Assembly: GCA_964016885.1 (NCBI GenBank)
Contig: OZ024742.1
Coordinates: forward strand, 358,546,001-358,610,000
Direction: 5' to 3'
Origin: Eledone cirrhosa
Taxonomy: Eukaryota
DNA length: 64,000 bases
Shown: positions 49,701-62,690 of the stretch, in pieces
Layout: the number at the start of each line of letters is the position of its first letter
How positions within the stretch are numbered: position 1 is the stretch's first letter
Notes under the pieces: model-generated
Database searches by the model: none
Seen by the model: the letters and a program-made list of their open reading frames with translations, nothing else
Told to the model about the DNA's origin: nothing
Program-made: the position numbers and the translations under genes

Positions 49701-52700
49701 TGTAGTGGTGGTGATAGTTGTGATGGTTGTAGTAGTGGTGGTAGTTGTAGTGTTGGTGATAGTTGTAGTGGTTGTAGTTGTAATGGGTATAGTGAGGGTG
49801 GTAGTTGTAATGGGTGTAATGGTGGTGGTAGTTGTAATGGGTGTAGTGGTGGTGGTAGTTGTAATGGTTTTAGTGGTGGTGGTAGATATAATAATTGTAG
49901 AGGTGGTAGTAGTTGTAGTGGTGGTAGTTCTAGTGGTGGTGGTAGTTATAATAGTTGTAGTGGTGGTGGTAGTTGTAATGGTTGTAGAGGTGGTAGTACT
50001 TGTAATGGCTGTAGTGGTGGTAGTTGTAATAGTTGTAGTGGTGGTGGTAGTTGTAATGATTTTCGTGGCGGTGGTAGTTGTAATGGTTGTAGTGGTGCTG
50101 GTAGTTTTGGTGGTGGTTGTAGTAGTGGTGGTAGTTGTAATGGGTATAGTGGTGGTAATAGTTGTAATGGTTGTGGTCGTGGTGGTAGTTGTAGTGTTTG
50201 GAGTGGTGGTAGTAGTTGTGATGATTGTAGTAGTGGTGGTATTTGTAGTGGTGGTGATATTTGTAGTGGTGGTAGTTGTAATGGTTCTAGTGGTGGTAGT
50301 ACTTGTAATGGCTGTAGTGGTAGTAGTTGTAATGGTTGTAGTTGTGGTGGTAGTTGTAGTGGTTGTAGTGGTGGTGGTGGTTGTAATGGATCTAGTGGTG
50401 GTGGTAGTTGTAATGGTTTTAGTGGTAGTGGTAGTTGTAATGGGTGTAGTGGTGGTTGTAGTTGTAATGGTCTTAGTGGTAGTGGTAGTTATAATAGTTG
50501 TAGTGGTGGTAGTAGTTGTAGTGGTGCTGATAGTTGTAATTGTTGTAGTGGTGCTAGTACTTGTAATGGCTGTAGTGGTAGTAGTTGTAATGGTTGTAAT
50601 GCTGGTGGTATTTGTGGTGGTAGTTGTAGTGTTTGTAGTGGTGTTGGTCGTTGTAATGGATCTAGTCGTGGTTGTAGTTGTAATGTGTGTAGTGGTGGTG
50701 GTAGTTGTAATGGTTTTAGTGGTGGTGGTAGTTATAATAGTTGTAGTGGTGCTAGTAGTTATAATAGTTGTAGTGGTGGTAGTAGTTGTAGTGGTGGTGA
50801 TAATTGTAATGTTGGTAGTTCTAGTGGTGGTGGTAGTTATAATAGTTGTAGTGGTGGTAGTAGTTGTAAGGTGGTGATAGTTGTAATGGTTGAAGTGGTG
50901 GTAGTACTGGTAATGGCTGTAGTGGTAGTAGTTGTAATGGTTGTAGTGCTGGTGGTAGTTGTGGTGGTAGTTGTAGTGGTGGTGGTAGTTGCATAGGCTG
51001 TAGTGGTGCTTGTAATTGTAATGGTTGTAGTGGCAGTGGTAGTTGTAATGGTTTTAGGGGTGGTGGTAATTGTAGTGATTGTAATGGTGGTGGTAGTTGT
51101 GATGTTTGTAGTAGTGGTGGTAGTTGTAATGGGTGCAGTGTTGGTGGTAGTTGTAATGGGTGTAGTGGTGCTTGTAGCTGTAATGGTTTTAGTGGTGGTG
51201 GTAGTTATAATAGTTGTAGTGGTGGTAGAAGTTGTAGTGGTGGTGATAATTGTAGTGGTGGTAGTTATAATAGTTGTAGTGGTGGTGGTAGTTGTAATGG
51301 TTGTAGTGATGGTAGGACTTGTAATGGCTGTAGCGGTGGTAGTTGTAATGGATGTAGTGGTGGTGGTTGTTGTAAAGATTGTAGTGGCGGTGGTAGTAGT
51401 AGTAATGGTTGTAGTGGTGGTGGTAGTTGTGCTGGTGATGGGAGTGGTGGTGGTAGTTGTAATGGTGGTGGTTGTTGTAGTGGTTGTAGTGGTGGTGGCA
51501 GTTTTAAAGGTTATAGTGGTGGTGGAAGTTGTAGTGTTTTGGTAATTGTAATGGTAGTAGTGCTGGTAGTTGTAGTAGTTGTACTGGTGGTGGTAGTTCT
51601 AGTGGTGGTGGTAGTACTTGTAATGGCTGTAGTGGTAGTGGTTGTAAATGTTGTAGTGCTGGTGGTAGTTGTGGTGGTAGTTGTAGTGGTGGTGGTATTT
51701 ATAATGTGTGTAGTGGTGGTTGTAGTTGTAATGGTTGTAGTGGTGGTGGTAGTTTTAGTGATTATAGTGGTGGTGATAGGTGTGATGGTTGTAGTAGTGG
51801 TGGTAGTTGTAGTGGTGGTGATATTTGTAGTGGTGGTAGTTGTAATGGGTGTATTGGTGGTGGTAGTTGTAATGGTTTTAGTGGTGGTGGTAGTTATAAT
51901 AGTTGTAGTGGTGGTAGTAGTTGTAGTGGTGGTGATAGTTGTAGTGGTGGTAGTTCTAGTGGTGGTGGTAGTTATAATAGTTGTAGTGGTGGTGGTAGTT
52001 GTAATGGTTGTAGAGGTGGTAGTACTTGTAATGGCTGTACTGGTGGTAGGTGTAACGGGTGTAGCGGTGGTGGTAGTTGTATGATTGTAGTGGCGGTGGT
52101 AGTTTTCGTGGTGGTTGTAGTGGTGGTGGTAGTTGTAATGGGTGTAGTGGTGGTGGTAGTTTTAATGGTTGTAGTGTTGGTGATAGTTGTAGAGGATGGA
52201 GTGGTGGTGGTAGTTGTGATGATTGTAGTAGTGGTGGTAGTTGAAGTGGTGGTGATAGTTATAGTGGCAGTTGTAATGGTTGTAGTGGTGGTAGATGTAA
52301 TGGGTCTAGTGGTGATGGTAGTGGTAATGGTTGTAGTGGTGGTGGTAGTTATAATAGTTGTAGTGGTGTTAGTAGTTGTAAGGTGGTGATAGTTGTAATG
52401 GTTGTAGTGGTGGTAGTACTTGTAATGGCTGTAGTGGTAGTAGTTGTAATGGTTGTAGTGCTGGTGGTAGTTGTGGTGGTAGTTGTAGTGGTGGTGGTAG
52501 TTGCAATGGCTGTAGTGGTGCTTGTAATTGTAATGGTTGTATTGGTAGTGGTAGTTGTAATGGTTTTAGGGGTGGTGGTAATTGTAGTGATTGTAGTGGT
52601 GGTAGTAGTTGTGATGTTTGTAGTAGTGGTGGTAGTTGTAATGGGTGCAGTGGTGGTGCTAGTTGTAATGGATGTAGTGGTGCTTGTAGCTGTATTGGTT

Positions 52701-55700
52701 TTAGTGGTGGTGGTAGTTATAATAGTTGTAGTGGTGGTGGTAGTTGTAATGGTTGTAGTGGTGATAGTACTTGTAATGGCTGTAGTGGTGGTAGTTGTAA
52801 TGGGTGTAGTGGTGGTGGTTGTTGTAAAGATTTTAGTGGCGGTGGTAGTAGTAATGGTTGTAGTGGTGGAGGTAGTTGTGCTGGTGCTGGTAGTGGTGGT
52901 GGTAGTTGTAAAGGGTGTAGTGGTGGTGGTAGTTGTAATGGTTGTAGACGTGGGGGTAGCTCTAATGGTTTTAGTGGTGGTAGTTTTAATGCGTGTAGTT
53001 GTGGTGGTAGTTGTAATGGTTGTAGTGGTGGTAGTTGTAATGCGTGTAGTGGTGGTCGTAGTTGTAATGGGTGTAGTGATGGTGGTAGTTGTAATAGTTG
53101 TAGTGGTGGTAGTTCTAATGGGTGTAGTGGTGGTGGTAGTTGTAATGCGTGTGGTGGTGGTGGTTGTAGTGGTGGTGGTAGTAGTTGTAATGATTGTAGC
53201 GGTCGTAGTAGTTGTAATGGTGGTGGTAGTAGTTTTAATGGTTTTAGTGGTGGTGGTAGTTTATAATGGTTGTTGTGGTGGTAGTTGTAATGGTGGTGGT
53301 AGTTGTAGTCGTGGTGGTAGTTGTAATGGTTGTAGTGGTGGTAGTAGTTGTAATGGTTGTAGTCGTGCTGGTAGTTCTCATGGTTGTAGTGGTGGTAGCT
53401 GTAGTGGTTTTAGTGGTGGTGGTAGTTGTAGTGGTGGTGGTAGTTGTAATGGTTGTAGTGGTGGTAGTTGTAATGGGTCTAGTGGTGGTGGTAGTTATAA
53501 TAGTTGTAGTGGTGGTAGCAGTTGTAGTGGTGGTGATAGTTGTAATGGTTGTAGTGGTGGTAGTACTTATAATGGCTGTAGTGGTAGTAGTTGTAATGGT
53601 TGTAGTGCTGTTGGTAGTTGTGGTGGTAGTTGTAGTGGTGGTGGTAGTTGTAAAGTTTGTAGTGGTGGTAGTTGTAATGGTTGTAATGGTGCTGGTAATT
53701 GTAATGGTTGTAGTGGCAGTGGTAGTTGTAATGGTTGTAGTGGTGGTGGTAGTTGTAATGTGTGTAGTGGTGGTTGTAGTTGTAATGGTTGTAGTGGCGG
53801 TGGTAGTTTTAGTGATTGTAGTGGTGGTGGTAGGTGTGATGGTTGTAGTAGTGGTGGTAGTTGTAGTGGTGGTGATATTTGTAGTGGTGGTAGTTGTAAT
53901 GGTTGTAGTGAGGGTGGTATTTGTAATGGGTGTAGTGGTGGTGGTAGTTGTAATGGGTGTAGTGGTGGTGGTAGTTGTAATGGTTTTAGTGGTGGTGGTA
54001 GTTATAATAGTTGTAGTGGTGGTAGTAGTTGTAGTGGTGCTGATAGTTGTAGTGGTGGTAGTTCTAGTGGTGGTGGTAGTTATAATAGTTGTAGTGGTGG
54101 TGGTAGTTGTAATGGTTGTAGAGGTGGTAGTACTTGTAATCGCTGTAGTGGTGGTAGGTGTAACGGGTGTAGTGGTGGTGGTAGTTGTAATGATTGTTGT
54201 GGCGGTGGTACTTGTAATGGTTGTAGTGGTGGTGGTAGTTTTCGTGGTGTTTGTAGTGGTGGTGGTAGTTGTAATGGGTGTAGTGGTGGTGGTAGTTGTA
54301 ATGGTTGTAGTGGTGGTGGTAGTTGTAGTGGTGGTGATAGTTGTATTAGTGGTAGTTGTAATGGTTGTAATGGTGGTAGATGTAATGGGTCTAGTGGTGA
54401 TGGTAGTTGTAATGGTTCTAGTGGTGGTGGTAGTTATAATAGTTGTAGTGGTGGTAGTAGTTGTAAGGTGGTGATAGTCGTAATGGTTGTAGTGGTGGTA
54501 GTACTTGTAATGACTGTAGTGGTAGTAGTTGTAATGGTTGTAGTTCTGGTGGTAGTTGTGGTGGTAGTTGTAGTGGTTCTGATAGTTGCAATGGCTGTAG
54601 TGGTGCTTGTAATTGTAATGGTTGTATTGTCAGTGGTAGTTGTAATGGTTTTAGGGGTGGTGGTAATTGTAGTGATTGTAGTGGTGGTGGTAGTTGTGAT
54701 GTTTGTAGTAGTGGTAGTAGTTGTAATGGGTGCAGTGGTGGTGGTAGTTGTAATGGGTGTAGTGGTGCTTGTAGCTGTAATGGTTTTAGTGGTGGTAGTA
54801 GTTGTAGTGTTGGTGATAATTGTAGTGTTGTTAGTTATAATAGTTGTAGTGGTGGTGGTAGTTGTAATGGTTGTAGTGGTGGTAGTACGTGTAATGGCTG
54901 TAGTGGTGGTAGTTGTAATGGGTGTAGTGGTGGTGGTTGTTGTAAAGATTGTAGTGACGGTGGTAGTAGTAATTGTTGTAGTGGTGGTGGTAGTTGTGCT
55001 GGTGCTGGTAGTGGTTGTGGTAGTTGTAAAGGGTGTAGTGGTGGTGGTAGTTGTAAAGGGTGTAGTGGTGGTGGTAGTTGTATTGGTTGTAGTGGTGGTG
55101 ATAGTTGTAATGGTTGTTGTGGTGGTAGTAGTTGTAATGGTTGTAGTGGTGCTGGTAGCTGTAATGGTTGTAGTGGTGGTAGTACTTGTAATGGCTGTAG
55201 TGGTGGGGGTAGTTGTAGTGGTTGGAGTGGTGGTGGTAGTTGTGATGGTTGTAGTAGTGGTGGTAGTTGTAGTGATGGTGGTAATTGTAATGGTTGTAGT
55301 GGTGGTAGTTGTAATGGTTGTAGTGGTGGTGTTAGTTGTAATGGTTGTAGTCGTGGTAGTTGTAATGCGTGTAGTGATGGTGGTAGTTGTAATGGTTGTA
55401 GTGGTGGTAGTTGTAGTGGGTGTAGTAGTGGTGGTAGTTGTCATGGGTGTAGTGGTGGTGGTAGTTGTAATGGGTGTGGTGGTGTTGGTTGTAGTGGTTG
55501 TAGTAGTGGTGGTAGTTGTAGTGGTTGTAGTAGTGGTGGTAGTTGTAATGGTTGTAGTGGTGGTAGTTGTAATGGGTGTAGTGGTGGTGGTAGTTGTAAT
55601 GGGTGTAGTGGTGGTGGTAGTTGTAATGGGTGTAGTAGTGGTGGTAGTTGTAATGCGTGTAGTGGTGGTGGTAGTTGTAATGGGTGTAGTGGTGGTGGTA

Positions 55701-58700
55701 GTTTTAAATGTTGTAGTGTTGGTGGTAGTGATAGTGGTTGGAGTGGTGGTGGTAGTTGTAATGGTTGTAGTAGGGGTGATAGTAGTTTTAATGGTTTTAG
55801 TGGTGGTGGTATATATAATGGTTGTAGTAGTGGTAGTTGTAATGGTGGTGGTAGTTGTAGTGGTTATAATGGTGGTGGTAGTTTTAAAGGTTGTAGTGGT
55901 GGTGGTAGTTGTAGTGTTTTGGTAGTTGTAATGGTTGTAGTGGTAGTAGTAGTTGTAATAGTTTTAGTGGTGGTGGTAGTAGTTGTAATGGTTGTAGTTG
56001 TGGTGTGTGGTGGTAGTTATAAAAGTTGTAGTGGTGGTGGTAGTTGTAATGGTTTTAAAGGTGGTAGTACTTGTAATGGCTGTAGTGGTGGTAGTTGTAA
56101 TGGGTGTAGTGGTGGTGGTAGTTTTGCTGGTGGTTGTAGTGGTGGTGGTAGTTGTAATGGTTGTAGTGGTGGTTGTAGTTGTAATGGTTGTAGTGGTGGT
56201 AGTACTTGTAATGGCTGTAGTGGTAGTAGTTGTAATGGTTGTAATGCTGGTGGTAGTTGTGGTGGTAGTTGTAGTGGTTGTAGTGGTGGTGGTAGTTGTA
56301 ATGGTTGTAGTGGTGGTAGTTGTAATGCATGTAGTGGTGGTGGTAGTTGTAATGGTTGTAGTGGTAGTAGTTGTAATGCGTGTAGTGGTGGTGGTAGTTG
56401 TAATGGTTGTAGTGGTGGTAGTAGTTATAATAGTTGTAGTGGTGGTGGTAGTTATCATGCTTGTAGTGGTGGTAGATGTAATGATGGTGGTAGTTGTAGT
56501 GGTGGTGGTAGTATTGTAATGGTTGTAGCGGTGGTAGTAGTTGTAATGGTGGTGGTAGTTGTAATGGTTGTAGTGGTGGTGGTAGTAGGTTTAATGGGTT
56601 TTAGTGGTGTTGGTAGTTATAATGGTTGTACTGGTGGTAGTTGTAATGGTGGTGGTAGTTGTAGTGGTGGTGGTAGTAGTTGTAATGGTTGTAGCAGTGG
56701 TAGTAATTGTAATAGGGATGGTAGTTGTAATGGTTGTAGTGGTGGTGGTAATTTTAAAGGTTGTAGTGTTGGTGGTAGTTATAGTGGTTGGAGTGGTGGA
56801 GGTATATATAATGGTTGTAGTAGTGGTAGTTGTAATGGTGGTGGCAGTTGTAGTGGTTGTAGAGGTGGTGGTAGTTTTAAAGGTTGTAGTGGTGGTCGTA
56901 GTTGTAGTGTTTTGGTAGTTGTAATGGTTGTAGTGGTGGTAGTAGCTGTAATGGTTGTAGTGGTGGTGGTATTTGTAGTGGTGGTGGTAGTAGTTGTAAT
57001 GGTTGTAGTTGTGGTGATAGTTGTAATGGTTGTAGTGGTGGTGATAGTTGTAATGGTTGTTGTGGTGGTAGTAGTTGTAATGGTTGTAGTGGTGGTAGTA
57101 CTTGTAATGGCTGTAGTGGTGGTTGTTGTAATGGGTGTAGAGGTGGTGGTAGTTGTAAAGATTGTAGTGGCGGTGGTAGTTGTAATCGTTGTAGTGGTGG
57201 GGGTAGCTGTAGTGGTTGGAGTGGTGGTGGTAGTTGTGATGGTTGTAGTAGTGGTGGTAGCTGTAGTGGTGGTGGTAATTGTAATGGTTGTAGTGGTGGT
57301 AGTTGTAATGGTTGTAGTGGTGGTGTTAGTTGTAATGGTTGTAGTCGTGGTAGTTGTAGTGGGTGTAGTAGTGGTGGTAGTTGTCATGGGTGTAGTGGTG
57401 GTGGTAGTTGTAAGGTGTGTGGTGGAGGTGGTTGTAGTAGTTGTAGTAGTGGTGGTAGTTGTAGTGGTTGTAGTAGTGGTGGTAGTTGTAATGGGTGTAG
57501 TAGTGGTGGTAGTTGTAATGCGTATAGTGCTGGTGGTAGTTGTAATATTTGTAGTGGTAGTAGTTGTAATGGGTGTAGTGGTGGTGGTAGTTGTAATGGG
57601 TGTAGTGGTGGTGGTAGTTGTAATGGTTGTAGCGGTGGTAGTAGTTGTAATAGGGGTGGTAGTTGTAATGGGTGTAGTGGTGGTGGTAGTTTTAAAGGTT
57701 GTAGTGTTGGTGGTAGTTATAGTGGTTGGAGTGGTGGTGGTAGTTGTAATGGTTGTTGTGGTGGTGGTATATATAATGGTTGTAGTAGTGGTAGTTGTAA
57801 TGGTGGTGGTAGTTGTAGTGGTTGCAGTGGTGGTGGTAGTTTTAAAGGTTGTAGTGGTGGTGGTAGTTGTAGTGTTTTAGTAGTTGTAATGGATGTAGTG
57901 GTGGTAGTAGTTGTAATGGTTGTAGTGGTGGTGGTAGTTGTAGTGGTGGTTGTAGTTGTAATGGTTGTAAAGGTGGTAGTACTTGTAATGGCTGTAGTGG
58001 TGGTAGTTGTTATTGGTGTAGCGGTGGTGGTAGTTTTGCTGGTGGTTGTAGTGGTGGTGGTAGTTGTAATGGTTGTAGTGGTGGTGGTGGTAGTTGTAAT
58101 GGTTGTAGTGGTGGTAGTTGTAATGGGTCTAGTTGTGGTGGTAGTTGTAATGGTTTTAGTGGTGGTGGTAGTTATAATAGTTGTAGTGGTGGTAGTAGTT
58201 GTAATGGTTGTAGTGGTGGTAGTACTTGTAATGGCTGTAGTGGTAGTAGTTGTAATGGTTGTAATGCTGGTGGTAATTGTGGTGGTAGTTGTAATGGTTG
58301 TAGTGGTGGTAGTTGTAATGCTTGTAGTGGTGGTGGTAGTTGTAATGGTTGTGGTGGTGGTAGTGGTAATGCGTGTAGTGGTGGTGGTAGTTGTAATGGT
58401 TGTAGTGGTGGTAGTAGTTATAATAGTTGTAGTGGTGGTGGAAGTTGTAATGGTTGTAGTGGTGCTGGTAGTAGTTTTAATGGTTTTAGTGGTGGTGGTA
58501 GTTATCATGGTTGTAGTGGTGGTAGTTGTAATGATGGTGGAAGTTGTAGTGGTGGTGGTAGTAGTTGTAATGGTTGTAGCGGTGGTAGTAGTTGTAATGG
58601 TGGTGGTAGTTGTAATGGTTGTAGCGGTGGTGGTATTAGTTATAATAGTTGTAGTGGTGGTGGAAGTTGTAATGGTTGTAGTGGTGGTGGTAGTAGTTTT

Positions 58701-61700
58701 AATGGTTTTAGTGGTGGTGGTAGTTATCATGGTTGTAGTGGTGGTAGTTGTAATGGTGGTGGTAGTTGTAGTGGTGGTGGTAGTAGTTGTAATGGTGGTA
58801 GTAGTTGTAATGGTTGTAGTGGTGGTGGTAGTAGTTTTAATGGTTTTAGTGGTGGTGGTGGTAGTTATAATAGTTGTAGTGGTGGTGGTAGTTGTAATGG
58901 TTGTAAAGGTGGTAGTACTTGTAATGGCTGTAGTGGTGGTAGTTGTAATGGGTGTAGTGGTGGTGGTAGTTTTGCTGGTGGTTGTAGTGGTTGTGGTAGT
59001 TGTAATGGTTGTAGTGGTGGTAGTGGTAGTTCTAATGGTTGTAGTGGTGGTGGTAGTTGTAGTGTTTGGAGTGGTGGAGGTAGTTGTGATGATTGTAGTA
59101 GTGGTGGTTGTTGTAGTGGTGCTGATAGTTGTAATGGTGGTAGTTGTAATGGTTGTAGTGGTGGTAGTTGTAATGGGTCTAGTGGTGGTGGTAGTTGTAA
59201 TGGTTTTAGTGGTGGTGGTAGTTATAATAGTTGTAGTGGTGGTACTAGTTGTAGTGGTGGTGATAGTTGTAATGGTTGTAGTGGTGGTAGTACTTGTAAT
59301 GCCTGTAGTGGTAGTAGTTGTAATGTTTGTAATGCTGGTGGTAGTTGTGGTGGTAGTTATAATACTTGTAGAGGTGGTGGTAGTTGTAATGGTTGCAGTG
59401 GTGGTAGTTGTAATGCGTGTAGTGGTGGTGGTAGTTGTAATGGTTGTATTGGTGGTAGTAGTTATAATAGTTGTAGTGGTGGTGGAAGTTGTAATGGTTG
59501 TAGTGGTGGTGGTAGTAGTTTTAATGGTTTTAGTGGTGGTGGTAGTTGTAATGGTTGTAGTGGTGGTAGTTGTAATGGTTGTAGCGGTGGTAGTAGTTGT
59601 AATAGGGGTGGTAGTTATAATGGTTGTAGTGGTGTTGGTAGTTTTAAAGGTTGTAGTGTTGGTGCTAGTTATAGTGGTTGGAGTGGTGGTGGTAGTTGTA
59701 ATGGTTGTAGTAGTGGTGATAGTAGTTTTAATGGTTTTAGTGGTGGCGGTATATATAATGGTTGTAGTAGTGGTAGTTGTAATGGTGGTGGTAGTTGTAA
59801 TGGTTGTAGTGGTGGTAGTAGCTGTAATGGTTGTAGTGGTGGTGGTATTTGTAGTGGTGGTGGTAGTAGTTGTAATGGTTGTAGTTGTGGTGATAGTTGT
59901 AATGGTTGTAGTGGTGGTGATAGTTGTAATGGTTGTTGTGGTGGTAGTAGTTGTAATGGTTCTAGTGGTGCTGGTAGTTGTAATGGTTGTAGTGGTGGTA
60001 GTACTTGTAATGGCTGTAGTGGTGGTTGTTGTAATGGGTGTAGAGGTGGTGGTAGTTGTAAAGATTGTAGTGGTGGGGGTAGTTGTAGTGTTTGGAGTGG
60101 TGGTGGTAGTTGTGATGGTTGTAGTAGTGGTGGTAGTTGTAGTGGTGGTGGTAATTGTAATGGTTGTAGTGGTAGTGTTAGTTGTAATGGTTGTAGTCGT
60201 GGTAGCTGTAATGCGTGTAGTGATGGTGGTAGTTGTAATGGTTGTAGTGGTGGTAGTTGTAGTGGGTGTAGTAGTAGTGGTAGTTGTCATGGGTGTAGTG
60301 GTAGTGGTAGTTGTAATGGGTGTGGTGGTGGTGGTTGTAGTGGTTGTAGTAGTGGTGGTAGTTGTAGTGGTTGTAGTAGTGGTGGCAGTTGTAATGGTTG
60401 TAGTGGGTGTAGTTGTAATGGGTGTAGTTGCAATGGGTGTAGTTGTGGTAGTTGTAATGGGTGTAGTGGTGGTGGTAGTTGCAATGGGTGTAGTGGTGCT
60501 GGTAGTTGTAATGGGTGTAGCGGTGGTGGTAGTTGTAATGGGTGTAGTGGTGGTGGTAGTTGTAATAGTTGTAGCGGTGATAGTAGTTGTAATAGGGGTG
60601 GTAGTTGTAATGGGTGTAGTGGTGGTGGTAGTTTTAAAGGTTGTTGTGTTGGTCGTAGTTATAGTAGTTGGAGTGGTGGTGGTAGTTGTAATGGTTGTAG
60701 TGGGGGTGATAGTAGTTTTAATGGTTTTAGTTGTGGTGGTATATATAATGGTTGTAGTAGTGGTAGTTGTAATGGTGGTGGTAGTTGTAGTGGTTGTAGT
60801 GGTGGTGGTAGTTTTCAAGGTTGTAGTGGTGGTGGTAGTTGTAGTGTTTTGGTAGTTGTAATGGTTGTAGTGGTGGTATTAGTTGTAATGGTTGTAGTGG
60901 TGGTGGTATTAGTTGTAATGGTTGTAGTTGTGGTGGTGGTGGTAGTTATAATAGTTGTAGTGATGGTGGTAGTTTTAATGGTTGTAAAGGTGGTAGTACT
61001 TGTAATGGCTGTAGTGGTGGTAGTTGTAATGGGTGTGGTGGTGGTGGTAGTTTTGCTGGTGGTTGTAGTGGTGGTGGTAGTTGTAATGGTTGTAGTGGTG
61101 GTGATGGTAGTTGTAATGGTTGTAGTGGTGGTCATAGTTGTAATGGTGGTAGTTGTAATGGTTGTAGTGGTGGTAGTTGTAATGGGTCTAGTGGTGGTGG
61201 TAGTTGTAATGGTTTTAGTGGTGGTGGTAGTTATAATAGTTGTAGTGGTGGTAGTAGTTGTAGTGGTGGTGATAGTTGTAATGGTTGTAGTGGTGGTAGT
61301 ACTTGTAATGGCTGTAGTGGTAGTAGTTGTAATGGTTGTAATGCTGGTGGTAGTTGTGGTGGTAGTTGTAGTAGTTGTAGTGGTGGTGGTAGTTGTAATG
61401 GTTGTAGTGGTGGTGGTAGTTTTAAAGTTTGTAGTGTTGGTGGTAGTTATAGTGGTTGGAGTAGTGGTGGTAGTTGTAATGGTTGTAGTGGTGGTGATAG
61501 TAGTTTTAATGGTTTTATTGGTGGTGGTATATATAATGGTTGTAGTAGTGGTAGTTGTAATGGTGGTGGTAGTTGTAATGGTTGTAGTGGTGGTGGTAGT
61601 TTTAAAGGTAGTAGTGGTGGTGGTAGTTGTAGTGTTTTGGTAGTTGTAATGGTTGTAGTGGTGGTAGTAGTTGTAATGGTTGTAGTGGTGGTGTTAGTTG

Positions 61701-62690
61701 TAGTGGTGGTGGGAGTAGTTGTAATGGTTGTAGTTGTGGTGGTGGTGGTAGTTATAACAGTTGTAGTGGTGGTGGTAGTTGTAATGGTTGTAAAGGTGGT
61801 AGTACTTGTAATGGCTGTAGTGGTGGTAGTTGTAATGGGTTCTAGTGGCGGTGGTAGTTTTGCTGGTGGTTATAGTGGTGGTGGTAGTCGTAAAGTTGTA
61901 GTGGTGGTGGTAGTTGTAATGGTTGTATTGGTGTTGGTAGTTGTTGTGTTTGGAGTGGTGGTGGTAGTTGTGATGATTGTAGTAGTGGTGGTAGTTGTAG
62001 TGGTGGTGGTAGTTGTAATGGTTTTAGTGGTGGTGGTGGTTATAATAGTTGTAGTGGTGGTAGTAGTTGTAGTTGTGCTGATAGTTGTAATGGTTGTAGT
62101 GGTGGTAGTACTTTTAATGGCTGTAGTGGTAGTAGTTGTAATGGTTGTAATGCTGGTGGTAGTTGTGGTGGTAGTTGTAGTGGTGGTGGTAGTTGTAATG
62201 GTTGTAGTGGTGGTAGTTGTAATGCTTGTAGTGGTGGTGGTAGTTGTAATGGTTGTAGTGGTGGTAGTTGTAATGCGTGTAGTGGTCGTGGTAGTTGTAA
62301 TGGTTGTAGTTGTGGTAGTAGTTATAATAGTTGTAGTGGTGGTGGAAGTTGTAGTGGTTGTTGTGGTGGTGGTAGTAGTTTTAATGGTTTTAGTGGTGGT
62401 GGTATTTATCATGGTTGTAGTCGTGGTAGTAGTAATGATGGTGGTAGTTGTAGTGGTGGTGGTAGTAGTTGTAATGGTTGTAGCGGTGGTAGTAGTTGTA
62501 ATAGGGGTGGTAGTTGTAATGGTTGTAGTGGTGGTGGTAGTTTTAAAGGTTGTAGTGTTGGTGGTATTTATAGTGGTTGGAGTGGTGGTGGTAGTCGTAA
62601 TGGTTGTAGTGGTGGTAGTTGTAATAGGTGTATTTGTGCTGGTAGTTGTGGTGGTGTCCATAGTGGTGGTCATTTTAGCAGTTGTTACTG
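43705..62690. repeat. ~19-kb degenerate NNT-triplet satellite (core GGTTGTAGTGGTGGT(GGT)AGTTGTAAT, 24/27 bp) with kb-scale higher-order repeats
   Basis: Built from GGT/AGT/TGT/AAT triplets. Rare markers recur, e.g. GTATATATAATGG at ~55809, 56803, 57767, 59749, 60740 and 61527. Confidence 0.95.

Noticed and set aside
43735-62673. Loricrin/keratin-associated, poly-Val or mucin genes
   Set aside because: Frameshifts recur as part of the duplicated blocks and several frames are open at once; not listed as CDS.
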